A stretch of 64,000 nucleotides of DNA. Origin: Nemertoderma westbladi (lineage: Eukaryota > Animalia > Xenacoelomorpha). Below are positions 12,776 through 24,428 of this stretch, one piece after another. The DNA is taken from assembly GCA_032718475.1 (NCBI GenBank), contig JAUCBJ010001800.1:16862-80861 (forward strand). Direction: 5' to 3'. Below the pieces are notes generated by a model. The model had not been told where the DNA came from. It saw only the letters and a program-made list of their open reading frames with translations, and searched no databases. A program made the position numbers and the translations under genes. Numbering within the stretch: the first letter of the stretch is position 1; each line of letters starts with the position of its first letter.

Positions 12776-13646
12776 TTGTTATGCAAACCATGCGTTCATG
12801 GCATGACTTATTTATCCGGCATTGAGTAACTGTGACATGGTCTGTGGTGATTCTCAAGAAGATAAAAACAATCTATGCAATTCTGATAGTGATTCGGAAA
12901 ATGTTTCTGGTAAAGATGATATGGATGTATTTCCAAGTAACTGAATTTGAATTTGAGTCAGAATCCGCTTATACAATTTATAGCAAGAAAACGAAACGTA
13001 ACGTTCTTAATGAATGTCCTTCATGAACCACTTTCAATTGTATATTGCAAATGTATATCAAGTTGTTAAAATTTGTCATAAAATTATATATTCGAACGAT
13101 TCGGGCGCCATATTCTGCTTTAAAACACGATTACTAAAGTATTTGATTTCCAAATTGGCACATTCGACATATATATTCTACTTACTTAAAATTAATCTCT
13201 ACTTTTTAGGTGACAATGAATTCCTAGTCCCCATTTTGAACCATGCCACACATACTGCTGCGATTGGTCAAAATGTTAAATTAGATCACAAAATATTAAT
13301 TACATTGTAGATTCCAGTCCCCACATTGAACAACAGCACCCATACTACAACGTGTGTTTGGAATGTTATATTAACTGTATGGAAAAGGGGACACTTGAAA
13401 CTATCGCATTATACTGGGGTCAGTGAAATTTTCAAAACTCAAACACAAATTTACACACGTATTTGACAGGTTTGGGTGGAACAGGGGACATCGCCGAAAT
13501 GATCTGAAATTTTCAGAATCCATTAATTTTAGTACGTAGATTCCATTTTTGATATCATTTCATTCCGGGGACGTCCCCGGATTGTAGATCGTCCCCAGTT
13601 TGTCGCTGTGTATTCATGCAATTGTCCCCTGTTTGAACCAGTTCAC

Positions 13647-13647
<1 letters not shown>

Positions 13648-13722
<75 letters not shown>
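13648..13722 (+). repeat. (CA)n microsatellite
   Basis: About 37 AC units. Confidence 0.97.
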
Positions 13723-13726
<4 letters not shown>

Positions 13727-14560
13727 GAACACACCCAAACACACTCCAAAAACTGCCGAAAACAATCGAACACAGTCGAAAATAGAAAGAGCACAACAAA
13801 ATAATACTGCTGTACTGGGTACCAACTTTTTGATACAATTAGCTACGCGTTGCTTTTCTATAAGAAAATTCCCAAAATTATTTAATAAAATTATCGCGAA
13901 ATTAAATATTCATTTCTTATCAGATCAGGCCTAGCCTAAGCTGACAACTAATAATTTAACATACAGTAGTAGTAGGCCTAAGATATGTGTGGTTAGCACC
14001 GGGACAGAGATCACTACCAGTAGGCCTACCTGCCAGGGTAGGTACCTAACCGGGACAAAGCTCTTTATATTCCAGTCCGCCAGTAGGCAGGTAGGTACCG
14101 GTACCGGTACCGGTACCTATGTTGTACGTGTACCGACGTGTTGTACCGTACATCCGGTACAGTATGTACGGTAACGGGCCTAACTTCCTAATTCATATCC
14201 TCAGCAATCAGTTCCAGACCAAGCTATTCCAGTACACAGGCAAACAGGCCTATTACTGTAGCTAACCCGCATTTACTATATATGTGACAGGTACGGTACC
14301 CGGTAGGTTTCCCTACATAGTTTGATTATACAGTACAGCAGTACACAACAAATGATAGGCCTACCTGATAAGAAAAGAATATTTAATTTCGCGACAATTT
14401 TATTCAATAATTTCGGAAATTTTCTTATAGAAAAGCAACACGTGGCTAATTTTATCTAAAAGTTGGAACCCGGTGTTATTTTTTGTGCTCTTTCTATTTT
14501 CGACTGTGTTTGATTGTGTTCGGCAGTTTTTGGAGTGTGTTCAGGTGTGTTCTTGTGTGT
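13720..14560. mobile_element. MITE / foldback element with ~200-bp imperfect terminal inverted repeats
   Basis: 13724-13923 is the approximate reverse complement of 14365-14560. The interior is rich in GGTACC and TAGGCCTA palindromes. Confidence 0.8.
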
Positions 14561-15064
14561 TCGCTTTTGTTCTGTAAAAATAACTATCCTAGTTACTACA
14601 AAAAAAATCCCGGTTATGGGTACACATACTGCAGTAGTGACCATTCTGATATTGTCTTTCTAATTCTTCTTCTCTTTCTTTCATCTTCTTTTAAAAATAC
14701 TAGCTACTGGTGTATGTAAATCACTAGTTATACCATTAAAAATAATAGCTAGCAATAACATATATGAAACACTGCCTAATAATAGCTAGAAATATATATA
14801 TGAAATGGGGATAAATACGGAAATCCTCCCTGTTACGTTATATACTAGAAAGTAGTGGTATGTATATCACCTATAGAAGACACCTACGCCAAAAATATGG
14901 TTCCTTTACCTATTATTAAATCATTGTTCACAATTATTTACACCAATAGGTAACTATCATACTATCACACTACTTATATGACACACAGCAGTAGCATAAC
15001 AGTTTCGTAACCTATGATGATAACTTTATAAGTGATTACTTTGATTATCCAAAGCTCATTGATA

Positions 15065-16477
15065 ATGTCTTCTATTAGAGATCAATCTTCGCTGAAGCAC
15101 CATTTTCCAAATACATCAGAAAGTGAGAGCGACGATGAACAATTAGAGCGAAAACAATATCACCCCGGTGATGAAAGCGAAGGTTCTGATTGGCAAAGGC
15201 TCCTCCCACAAGAAATACTTATACATTTGTTCAGGTTCCTACCAGAACGCGACCGTTTGTCCGCAGGCGAAACCTGTCGTCGATGGAATGAGATCCAGAA
15301 AGATGCAAGTCTTTGGAGAAGGAGAACAATTACCTTAAATGGTCATCAACAGAACGATTGGAATGAGATAGAAGTATTACGGCTATACCCACGCCATATG
15401 AAAAATGTAACAATATATGGCAGTGTCATAGTTAAATCGTTTGACATACCAAGTAATCTAATGCAACAGTTGATAACCGACGTAATTCAAGCAATGACCC
15501 TTCTCACGGAATCACAACTAACAGAATTCACTTTACACGGAAGATACTTTGACCCTGACAGTATCATGTTCTATCACCATCTGAATGAATTTATTGATTC
15601 ACAGAAAGTTCTAGAAAAACTAACTTTAAATTATATCCATATAAAACCTCTAACTGAAGCCACTCGACTCATAATGAATCTCGTCAGAAACAACCACAGG
15701 TCTCTTAGAAACCTCGATATATTTGGATTAATTGACTCTTCTGCCGCTTCCACAGAAAGTCCATTCTCATCTGCTATGGGACCGCTCAGCACTCTAGAGA
15801 AGTTGACAAATTTGAATATAACCTACAATTATCTAAATCGGGAATTATTACAGAGAATTCTCACTCACTGTCCTTCTCTCATTCTAATAAAATTGAGGCT
15901 GTTCATATATGCGCGAAAATCAGCTGATATTGAACCCCTCGCCTATGATAGCAACAGCAGCCCATGGAGAATGGCCAACCCCGAGCTCTCAGTTCACATA
16001 GATTTCGATTTCATCGGCACAGTTGACTTCGAATCGGTTATTCGATTGATAAAAGGGCGTCCTCCTCTGTCAATGTTGAGTTTGGAGGCTTACATGGAAA
16101 CAGTCGAGGATGTATCGAGTCTATTGCGATATCTGCGCGATAGATTCATGAACTGTATAGAAGATTTGAAATTGTTGTGCTGGGCTAAACAGAAGGGCGA
16201 AGCAATTAGAGCAGACTTTGTTTCTATGGTCAGAGATTGTAAGAAGTTAAGAAGCATAGTAGTTAGAGGATTTGCATTCCCTTTACAAACACAAGTTATA
16301 TCGGATATTTGCGATCTTAAGTTTAATAAACTAAGTATTCCTGAACTAAAGAAATGCTACATCAGTTTCAAGGTTATGGATAATGGAGCTGCATTAGGTT
16401 TGCTGAATGCTCAGTGGAAGGACAAGATCGATGTGATTGATTTCCAGACCTTTTGTAGGGTGATAATTATTATGTAA
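15065..16477 (+). CDS. Intronless F-box / LRR-like protein (FBXL/FBXO39-like), 470 aa from the first ATG
   Basis: F-box DWQRLLPQEILIHLFRFLPERDRLSAGETCRRWNEI...LWR, followed by leucine-rich repeats (LEKLTLNY, LRNLDIFG, LEKLTNLNI, CPSL, CKKLRSIVV). The ORF is uninterrupted. Confidence 0.85.
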   Translation: MSSIRDQSSLKHHFPNTSESESDDEQLERKQYHPGDESEGSDWQRLLPQEILIHLFRFLPERDRLSAGETCRRWNEIQKDASLWRRRTITLNGHQQNDWNEIEVLRLYPRHMKNVTIYGSVIVKSFDIPSNLMQQLITDVIQAMTLLTESQLTEFTLHGRYFDPDSIMFYHHLNEFIDSQKVLEKLTLNYIHIKPLTEATRLIMNLVRNNHRSLRNLDIFGLIDSSAASTESPFSSAMGPLSTLEKLTNLNITYNYLNRELLQRILTHCPSLILIKLRLFIYARKSADIEPLAYDSNSSPWRMANPELSVHIDFDFIGTVDFESVIRLIKGRPPLSMLSLEAYMETVEDVSSLLRYLRDRFMNCIEDLKLLCWAKQKGEAIRADFVSMVRDCKKLRSIVVRGFAFPLQTQVISDICDLKFNKLSIPELKKCYISFKVMDNGAALGLLNAQWKDKIDVIDFQTFCRVIIIM

Positions 16478-16617
16478 TGACGGATCTAGTTGAAGAAGGT
16501 TAAGAACCTGGGAGGAGTTGAAAGTAGCTTATTTTGCGTAACTATAAAATTCAACATTATAAAATAACATAAAAACATAATTGCGATCGTTCAGAGTTTA
16601 ATACTACTAATATATAT

Positions 16618-17152
16618 TTTTTTTTTTTTTTTTTGCCAAGTTCATTATAACAATTTTTTTTAATGCACATTTAAATAATAATAATAATAAAATACATGAC
16701 ATAATACAATTAACGAACAAAGCAACACAAAAACAGCACTGACAATGGGAAACAACAAAGAGTTAAAATTCGTCTGCCAGCCCAACACCGCGCAGACCCG
16801 CCCCGTCACCAAATCCGAGAGCCCGCCAAGACCGACGTCCCCCTCGGAGGCAGAGGGAGTTGGACCGGAGGAGCGCGAACTGCATCCGCCGGCGAACACC
16901 CCCCAGAACGCACGCGAGGCCCCTCTCTCTCATACCATCCCGCCTCGACACAAGTGTCTCGGCGAGATGGCGGATTAGGATCTGGGCCTCATCGCACCAT
17001 ACTCCATCAGTGGTGCCGACCAATGGGATGAAAGCCATCCTCCGGTCCTCGCATACGGTGCGGTAGTGCAGCTTCTTCAGCCTGCACCGCTGCTCCAATA
17101 GCGACTCGGTCGAATGGTTGGTCTGGGCGTAGGAGGTGGCGTCAGCGTTTAT
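16618..17152 (-). mobile_element. 3' end of a CRE-like (restriction-like endonuclease) non-LTR retrotransposon with poly(A) tail
   Basis: K..HY...C.....FIPLVGTTDG....EA....RHLA..L.....VRRRMQFALLRSNSLCLRG. Poly(T) on the + strand at 16618-16634. Confidence 0.75.
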
Positions 17153-17156
17153 TTAA

Positions 17157-17673
17157 AGCAATAATATGTACCAACATTTTCCTTTTTAAGTCTGCATGTC
17201 TCATTATTAAGAGAACTTTATCATATAACAATATCAGTTAGGTTTTTGCTTGAGAGTTCTTGTAATTTCTATTCATTTGAAATACATTACAATTGAACAA
17301 CTCAGTTTTAATCTTTCCTGATTGATTTTGAATGATCAACTCTCTTGAGTGTTATTTATACTAAAATGGCACATAAATGAAAAAATCTGATCAAGAAATC
17401 GAATTCATCATTAAAATTTGACATATGACACTGTGACAGTACTTGTTTTGCATTTGAATGTTCAGAAATGGCCGAGAGGGTAGACTTTGGAAAAGATGAT
17501 GCTTCCGATTGGAGCTGAGAAAAATGACTTTAAAGACGGCCGAAGATATTTTAATATGGAATGAAGTTGGAAAACAGGAAAGTAATCATACAGAAAAGGA
17601 ATAACGAGTTAATGATTGATGATGTAATTTATGTGGCAAGTTAATGTTAATCCTCCAGCTTCATAAGAAGATC
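17157..17673 (-). mobile_element. 3' terminal part of the Kolobok-like transposon interrupted by element A
   Basis: TTAA|AG terminus at 17153-17158. The minus strand near 17670 reads SYEAGG, a typical C-terminus, and continues from 34621 across the AGATC TSD. Confidence 0.5.
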
Positions 17674-18793
17674 TGTAAAGGCTTTTGCGTAATTAGCTGG
17701 TTATTTTCCCCGTAAAGTACTCTGTAGTTGGTTTAACCAGCATAAAAGGCCGTGTCCTTACTGTATTGTTGTTTTAGAGGACATAAAAGCCATTTCTTCC
17801 ATATGTGTACTTTAGCGGACATGATTAGCAATTCTATGACGCAATAAGCCGGATCCTCTTGAAACAGTGTAGATACCATGACGACGGCTAACAGCTGATA
17901 TTGCCACGTAGAACATCTCTTTGTTCTTTGTTCTCTCTTTGTTCGGTCGACCAATCAGAGCGTTTTTTGCCTCTGTGTTGGAGATAGTGTATAGAAACTA
18001 GGGAAGGGAGTCAGTATGTGATTTTTCCACAGCCTACAACACCGGCGTGGAACCTCCGTGTTTCAGTCTTTAGTCTTACATTAGTAGGCTTAATTATAGA
18101 ACGTATATCCGTTATCAATGCAATGCTTACTGATCATATCAAACTCAGTCACTCATAATCATTCATACCTTAACATTACTGCTTTTACTGTCGGTTATTC
18201 ATTATATTTGTTGATGGAACATTATATTCGGAATACTGATAAACAATCAGACACCCCAATCTTCTTGATATACTAAAGGTTAGAGAGACCGGATACATAT
18301 AACGATTGCGACTTACATTAAGTGGTTTGAAGTGAATCTAATGCTATTTTATAGGCCCTACACGTATTGTCTGTTGTTCTCCTTATATGTGACTAAAATT
18401 AGTGAAGGTCGGCAGATTGGTGTGCAGCATTGTGCAGCATTGTGTATGATTGTGATTGATAACGAAGCATCTCCTAAAGAATGCGCCATATACGTGAATC
18501 TATAGCCATTGTTAATATATATAGCCACTGTTAATATTTCCCGAAAGTGAATAATATTTGTCAGAGATTATATATATTAAGATCAGTCGAATAATACAGT
18601 AGGCCTATCCCGCAATACGATTAGGCTTCCGAATCCAGTCTCCCGGGTATATCCAGCGGGTGAATGATCGCGCATAGACTGGTTTCGGCTAATGTAGTGT
18701 ATCAAATATTTGTCGTAGGCTAAAGACTATCTATTATCTAGAAGACATCCTAATTTGGCAGGTTAAACTGCTAAAGGTCTGAAAGCGCGAACA
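17674..18793 (+). repeat. 5' LTR of element A (1120 bp)
   Basis: Near-identical to 33450-34615; about 6 substitutions and one indel seen. Confidence 0.95.
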
Positions 18794-18814
18794 ATAACGG
18801 ATATAGCTTCTGTA
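18794..18814 (+). promoter_or_regulatory. Non-tRNA primer-binding site of A, complementary to LTR 18095-18115
   Basis: ATAACGGATATA is the reverse complement of TATATCCGTTAT (18104-18115). Pairing extends to 21 nt with 2 mismatches and one G-U pair. No TGG. Confidence 0.7.
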
Positions 18815-19071
18815 TTGCAGTAGGCAATAAAGCTGAAGTACCGGCAACCGGTACCCAGTAGGCCTGACTACCTAACCACCCGGACCGGTACCTAGAGCAG
18901 TACAGGTACAGCAGTATTATTCGATTTTGATTATTATATACCAGTAGGTCTTAATAATTAATCGGGGATGCCTGGTTTTTATTGGGATTTTACTTAGGCC
19001 TATTTCTGTCAGTTTTATTTATTTGTAGGCTAATATTGAGCAGAAGGCGTGTAAGCCTGCTCAGATTGTAC

Positions 19072-19645
19072 AGATAATTTGTAGGCTGGACTGTTGTCTA
19101 ACTGTTGTTAAGTCTGAACGGATTGCAGTGTGTGTAGAGCATCTGTCCGATAAAGTGCTAGTTAGGAACGTAGGGGCTTCAAGTGCTGTGAGGTAAACCC
19201 CCTTTGAAAGAATAAGTCGTACTACTAGGTTAGAACGCATACTAACTAATCATTTCGGAGTCTGCATATACTGTAGTTTATTTAGGCTTGATAGTAGTCT
19301 GCCATCGTTTGGTCTGTACTTTGTTTGTGTAATCTGTACAGGTAGCGTATAATTCTTATTTAGATAATTTGTAGGCTGGATAGTTGTCTGGCTGTTGTTA
19401 GGTCTGAGGAAATTTCGGTGTGTGTAGAGTGTATGTCCGATAAAGTGCCAGTTGGGAACGTAGGGGCTTCCAGTGCTGTGAGGTAAACCCCCTCTGAAAG
19501 AATAAGTCGTACTACTAGGTTAGAACGCATACTAACTAACCATTTCGGAGTCTGCATATACCATAGTTTGTTTAGGCTTGATAGTAGTCTGTCAGTATTT
19601 GGTCTGCATTTTGTTTGAGTAGTCTGTACGCGTAGCGTAATATTT
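19072..19645 (+). repeat. ~290-bp tandem duplication in the leader of A
   Basis: Copies start AGATAATTTGTAGGCTGGA at 19072 and 19362. Confidence 0.9.
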
Positions 19646-20962
19646 ATTATTCAGAGTTTATGCGATTATTCGCAACATTCATTCCCCAAGTTTATTCCTA
19701 CAGTAATTGTGCTTGTTATACATACCGTTATAGTTAAACTAACCCCGGTACTACATCAGGGCTGCTCGGCGTAGGTAAAGACTGGAGATTTTGTGCTTCG
19801 GTCACTCCGGCAGATACCGTGGTTCTTTTGGCTGTTCAAGTATTTTTAACTACCGATTATTTGTTGTAGAAGTACTTGTACCTAATTTAGGGTTTAGTGT
19901 ACAGTGCTTTCCGAAGGTGATTAGCGTGTAGGCAGTATATTTGTGTTGTAAAGTGGTTAATAGGCACGTTGGTTCTGGTAGACCGCGGTAATTAACTTCT
20001 AGGTAGGAACACTCCGTGATACATAACGTAGTACTTATAGCGATACGGCTATAAGTCGTCAGACGGTGGTATTTTTCTATCTGGACAACGCAGTATATTT
20101 ACTACTACTTACTCTGTCCGTTGTAATAACCAGATAATCTAACCCTTTGTTAGACTGGTTTGTAGACTTCTTGTAAAATTACCCTAAAAAATTCGTATAT
20201 GTGTATTTGTAATTTTTTTGTGTTTATTTAGAGATTGTAATCTCAACCCGAATTGTACGTAATTTGTAGTATTAAGTAACTTAGGTAAATTAGAATTATT
20301 TGTTTTAGTGTCCAACAAGTAGCACTTCACTGAGAGCGCACAGCTTCTGTGTAGTGACTCCCCCAGAAATAATAACATTTATTTCAAATATTGACAAAAC
20401 CCATTAAACGGGTATATATATATTATAAATCAACTCAAAGATTTATAAATAGTAGGCCTGCCATACATCAATTAGGTCTAAATATCAGTTGGACTACTGC
20501 TTAAATAACGGTAATAAAGTAAGTTAAAGTAACCAAGTAACCCTTAAAAATTCAGAAATTCAGTTATTCTAAAATAATTGACATACCGGTATTTAACATA
20601 GGCCTATTATATTTATTTCTATAAATTTTAGGCTGAAATTATACCGGTATTCTGTAATTAATTCTAGTCTGTAATTATACTTATATATATACATTATAAG
20701 TGTAAGCTGTATACCGGTATTCACGATAGGCCTATTATATATTTATCAATTTAGGCTGAAATCATACCGGTATTCTGTAATTAATTCTAGTTAATAATTA
20801 TACTTATATACTATAAGCATACCGGTATTCTAATATATTATATATATCACGCTACGCTGAGTAGCAGTATCGGTAATTAATTACTAGGCTAACAGTGATA
20901 CTGAATTACTAGACTTGCTTAAACTGTAATAGAGCAGTAGGCATTCAACTGTACAAACAAAC

Positions 20963-23160
20963 ATGTCTGACACTAAGCAAAACCTGTCGGACAGTCTCCT
21001 AGATACAACCATCTGTGACCCAGACAGGAGTGTGGAACGTGAGGGACCGAAGTTCAATTCACCTCCTACCGTAAGAAAGATCATCCCTCCAGTAGTAATA
21101 TCAGAACCTAGGCTGGTCCAACACCGTAGGTCTATCATAGGCACTCGAGCTCAGGTCAAGCGGGACCAAGAAGCAGCGGAACAACAACAACCCGCAAGCC
21201 AAGAACTTATTTCTCAACGGCCCAACAGCTCCAGTAGTGAGGATACTGTAGAGCTGACACCCGACCGCGGAGCAAAGATGACGGATGCGGTTTATTCGGA
21301 TCCCCTTCTCATCCTTCCTGCAGCCGTACTCACTAGGTTATTGATTGCGGTGGAAGAACACCAGATCGATTGGGCGAGAAGTAAGCGATCGACTAAAGAT
21401 AGTTATGCGGGATATACAAGGGAAGAACTGAAGTCTATTGTCGAGTCGCAATGGAACTTCCCCGGACCCGGACTCCCGTTTGATTTATCAGAAGCTGCCT
21501 GGGAAGACATACACCGGATGGGAGTAGCCAAGGAAACCATCGATCCAGCTGTGTGGAAGAGGTCCGCAGCCGGATACGCACAGGGATTCTTCAGCTCTAT
21601 GGAGCGAGTAAAAGAACAACTGTTTCAACAACCTCAAGGACCTCAAGAGCAGGGATCGCTGCTTTATCAAGTTAGGGAAAGAATTCTACGAATCAGGCTA
21701 ATCTTATCAGCCTTTGAGGAGGCTTCTAAAAGAAGACAAGACACGTCGTTGCAAGTTGCTGTAAAGACTTGGTTTCAAAGGGTGAGTCTCCAGGTTCAAG
21801 GAACGGCTCAGTGGAAAGTTCAACTGGATGAGCGCTCAACCCATGGAGAATCAACAGACGCTACTTTTTCCCAAGTGGAAAGTGAAGCGACGGCAGAGAA
21901 ACCGCATAAGAGGCATGCCATTGACATCTATCTGTCAGACTATCAACGTTTTTTAGGTGATGAAGAGTTGAGGAGAAGACTAGAGGGACTTAGCCCTAAT
22001 AGTGAAGGAGCCAAGCTTGTGTTGGACGCAATCAATGTGGATAGGTTAGCTGCGAACCAAGCTAAATTCAATGAAAGCATCCGCATCGCTAAGGTTCAAG
22101 AAGAACAAGTAAAGAAAAAACGTATAGAAGATAGAAAGACAGCGGCAGTGGCAGCAGCAGTGGCAGAGGCAGAAGCGGAAAGAAAAGCAGCAGCAGCAGT
22201 GGCAGCTGCAGAAGCGGAAAGAAAAGCGGCAGTGGCAGCAGCAGTGGCAGCGGCAGAAGCGGAAAGAAAAGCGGCAGTGGCAGTGGCAGTGGCAGAGGCC
22301 GAAGCGGAAAGAAAAGCGGCAGCGGCAGTGGCAGAGGCCGAAGCGGAAAGAAAAGCGGCAGTGGCAACAGCAGAGGCAGTGGCAGAAGCAGAACGGAGGG
22401 CATCTGAAGAGACAACCCAACTAGAGTTGGAAAATCTTCAAGAGAGGCAAGACAACTTCAATAAACAGTTAACAGCTAGTAATATGCAGATGATGAGTCG
22501 ATCTACTCCCAAAAGACAGGGGTATACATCATCTGAGGAAGGCGATACCACCGATCCTGAAGGCGGAGGAAATCGATCTCGCCTAAGCAGACGTAAAAGA
22601 ATGTGCCACCGTCAGAAATTGCTTGATTTGCCCCCAGCTGTTAGAAGGCAACTAGCTAGCACAGATTTAGGTAGTACAGAACCCACAGACCAAATAATTA
22701 ACATAGAAAGACTCCCTACTATAGTAGATGAGCCTGAAATAATTAGGCCTGTTCTCGAAGCCACCCCTTCGGTGATAGAGACACCTGTACTCCCTGAACC
22801 TACCTCTAAATTCCCTCTGCACAGCACGAAGCTACCTGTGCCCCACAGAACCACCCCTGAAATTGTTCATGTCCTGGACTCCGAGCGAAATATTCATGAC
22901 TTGTCGCCCGTTGTCCCTTGTCCGCCCGCTACAACGTTGGCGCCTCCCGCTTCGGCGGTCGAGTGGTTAGATGAGGGACGACGGGAGATGGGTCTCCTGT
23001 TCGGACAGCTGAAGGAACAACATTCTCGCTCCTCTGGGCAGGCCCAGGAGATGGAGGGAACTGTGCAGCAGTTAAAGGGAACAATTAGAGAGAGTAGGTT
23101 AGAGTTGCAAGAAGTGCAGCAAAGTATCGCGCTAGAACGCGATACCCAAAGAGGTGAGGT
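20963..23160 (+). CDS. gag: Element A gag N-terminal region (coiled coil, AAVAxAEAERK repeats), cut by an inversion
   Basis: Long ORF after the leader, with Ala/Glu/Lys repeats at 22140-22400. Codons past 23160 are inverted sequence. Confidence 0.7.
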
Positions 23161-24131
23161 CTCTATAGGGGTGTCGCGAACAGGCGGCGGCGGACTCGTG
23201 AGGGTCTGGGGGCACGTTAAATACTCTATATAGTGCAGGGGAGTTACTGAAGGCCCTCGTGTCTTGCGAACCATGAATTAACATGGTGCCGTGGTACCGT
23301 CTAGTCGGCCTGTTGCCGTACTGCTAGTCCTGTACACAGTAGGGGTGGTGGCTTAGTGTGATCTGTGGTTTGTGTGTGTACGTAGTATACGTGAGTGTGT
23401 GTATGGCCACTGCGAGTGAGTGTGGGAAACCTTGCCGGTTGGTTCAGTCGCCGCCGGTTATTAGTAGGACCATATCTTTACTGCGCCCCAGCATACTTTT
23501 TGCACACAAAGTTATTTTGCCCTGACGGCAAAATAAGGTACTCTCGGCTCTTTATTAGTCGATACAATTTTGTCCCCTCTGATTTTGTCACCGATTTTGT
23601 CTTCCCCGATTATGTCCTCTGTGTGTGCATGGTATGTGTCCGATTTTGTGTTTACCGTTGTGTACTTGATTTCGTGAGCATCTATTGAGTACACGTGTAC
23701 AGTGACTAGTAAGTGGTGACTTGTTCTTAGCTTTTAAGCTAGTCAGTATTGTTGGCGGAACCGACTTCCCCTCAATACTGCCGGCGAGGCGGGTGAAAAC
23801 GGTCAATATTCCATGTTGGGTAGCGCAAGCCCACTTGGGACAAGACCGTCGGTTTGGCTCAAGGGCGACCTTGATGCTCGATCGCTATCGACTGGTTCAC
23901 CCGCCGGTTGACTCTCTGAGTTGGCTCAATGTACAGTCAGGCCACAGTAAGTTGACAGTAGGCGAACTTGGGTGGAAGTTCGGCTACACACGACGAGCTG
24001 TGCCGGTGTGATCGGGGGATTGAAAATTGAACCTGGGAAGCATCGGGCTACCCTCCGGCCCGGTCTGATAAAAACGGAGTCAGACTGGCCCCAAGGGTGG
24101 TGGGACAGCGTCCGCCTCATGGGTGCGCCTC
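23161..24131 (-). other. Internal ~970-bp inversion within gag of element A
   Basis: Strand composition flips. Re-inverting gives an in-frame join …PVRDTPIE|EPRRTQ…. Short inverted duplications GAGG and TAGAG sit at the breakpoints. Confidence 0.7.
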
Positions 24132-24428
24132 GTAGAGGAGCCCAGAAGGACGCAAGCGAAATTAGTAAACACACAAAAGGGTATACCACCACCCCCTGTA
24201 ACAATGTGTCAACCCGTTAGGTCTGAAGTATCTCATGCGCAAGGTGTGGAGCCTACACGCATCTATACTGCTAGCGAAGTAGAAACTCCTATAGTAAACC
24301 CTATTAAGGGTAATTATAGACCTGTTGATAGTGATATTCCCTATAGACCTGATCATAATCCGAGAAATTTATATACCGATAACTCGATATTAAATAACAC
24401 GATGGCCCAATAAAGTTTTACGCGTCAA

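Noticed and set aside
13555-13838. CVCV / THTH ORFs
   Set aside because: Products of the (CA)n microsatellite.
17733-17954. 73-aa ORF duplicated at 33509-33730
   Set aside because: It lies within the LTRs; the duplication only reflects LTR identity.
22046-22420. Cys-rich and Pro/Leu-rich minus-strand ORFs
   Set aside because: Antisense shadows of the Ala/Glu repeat in A gag.
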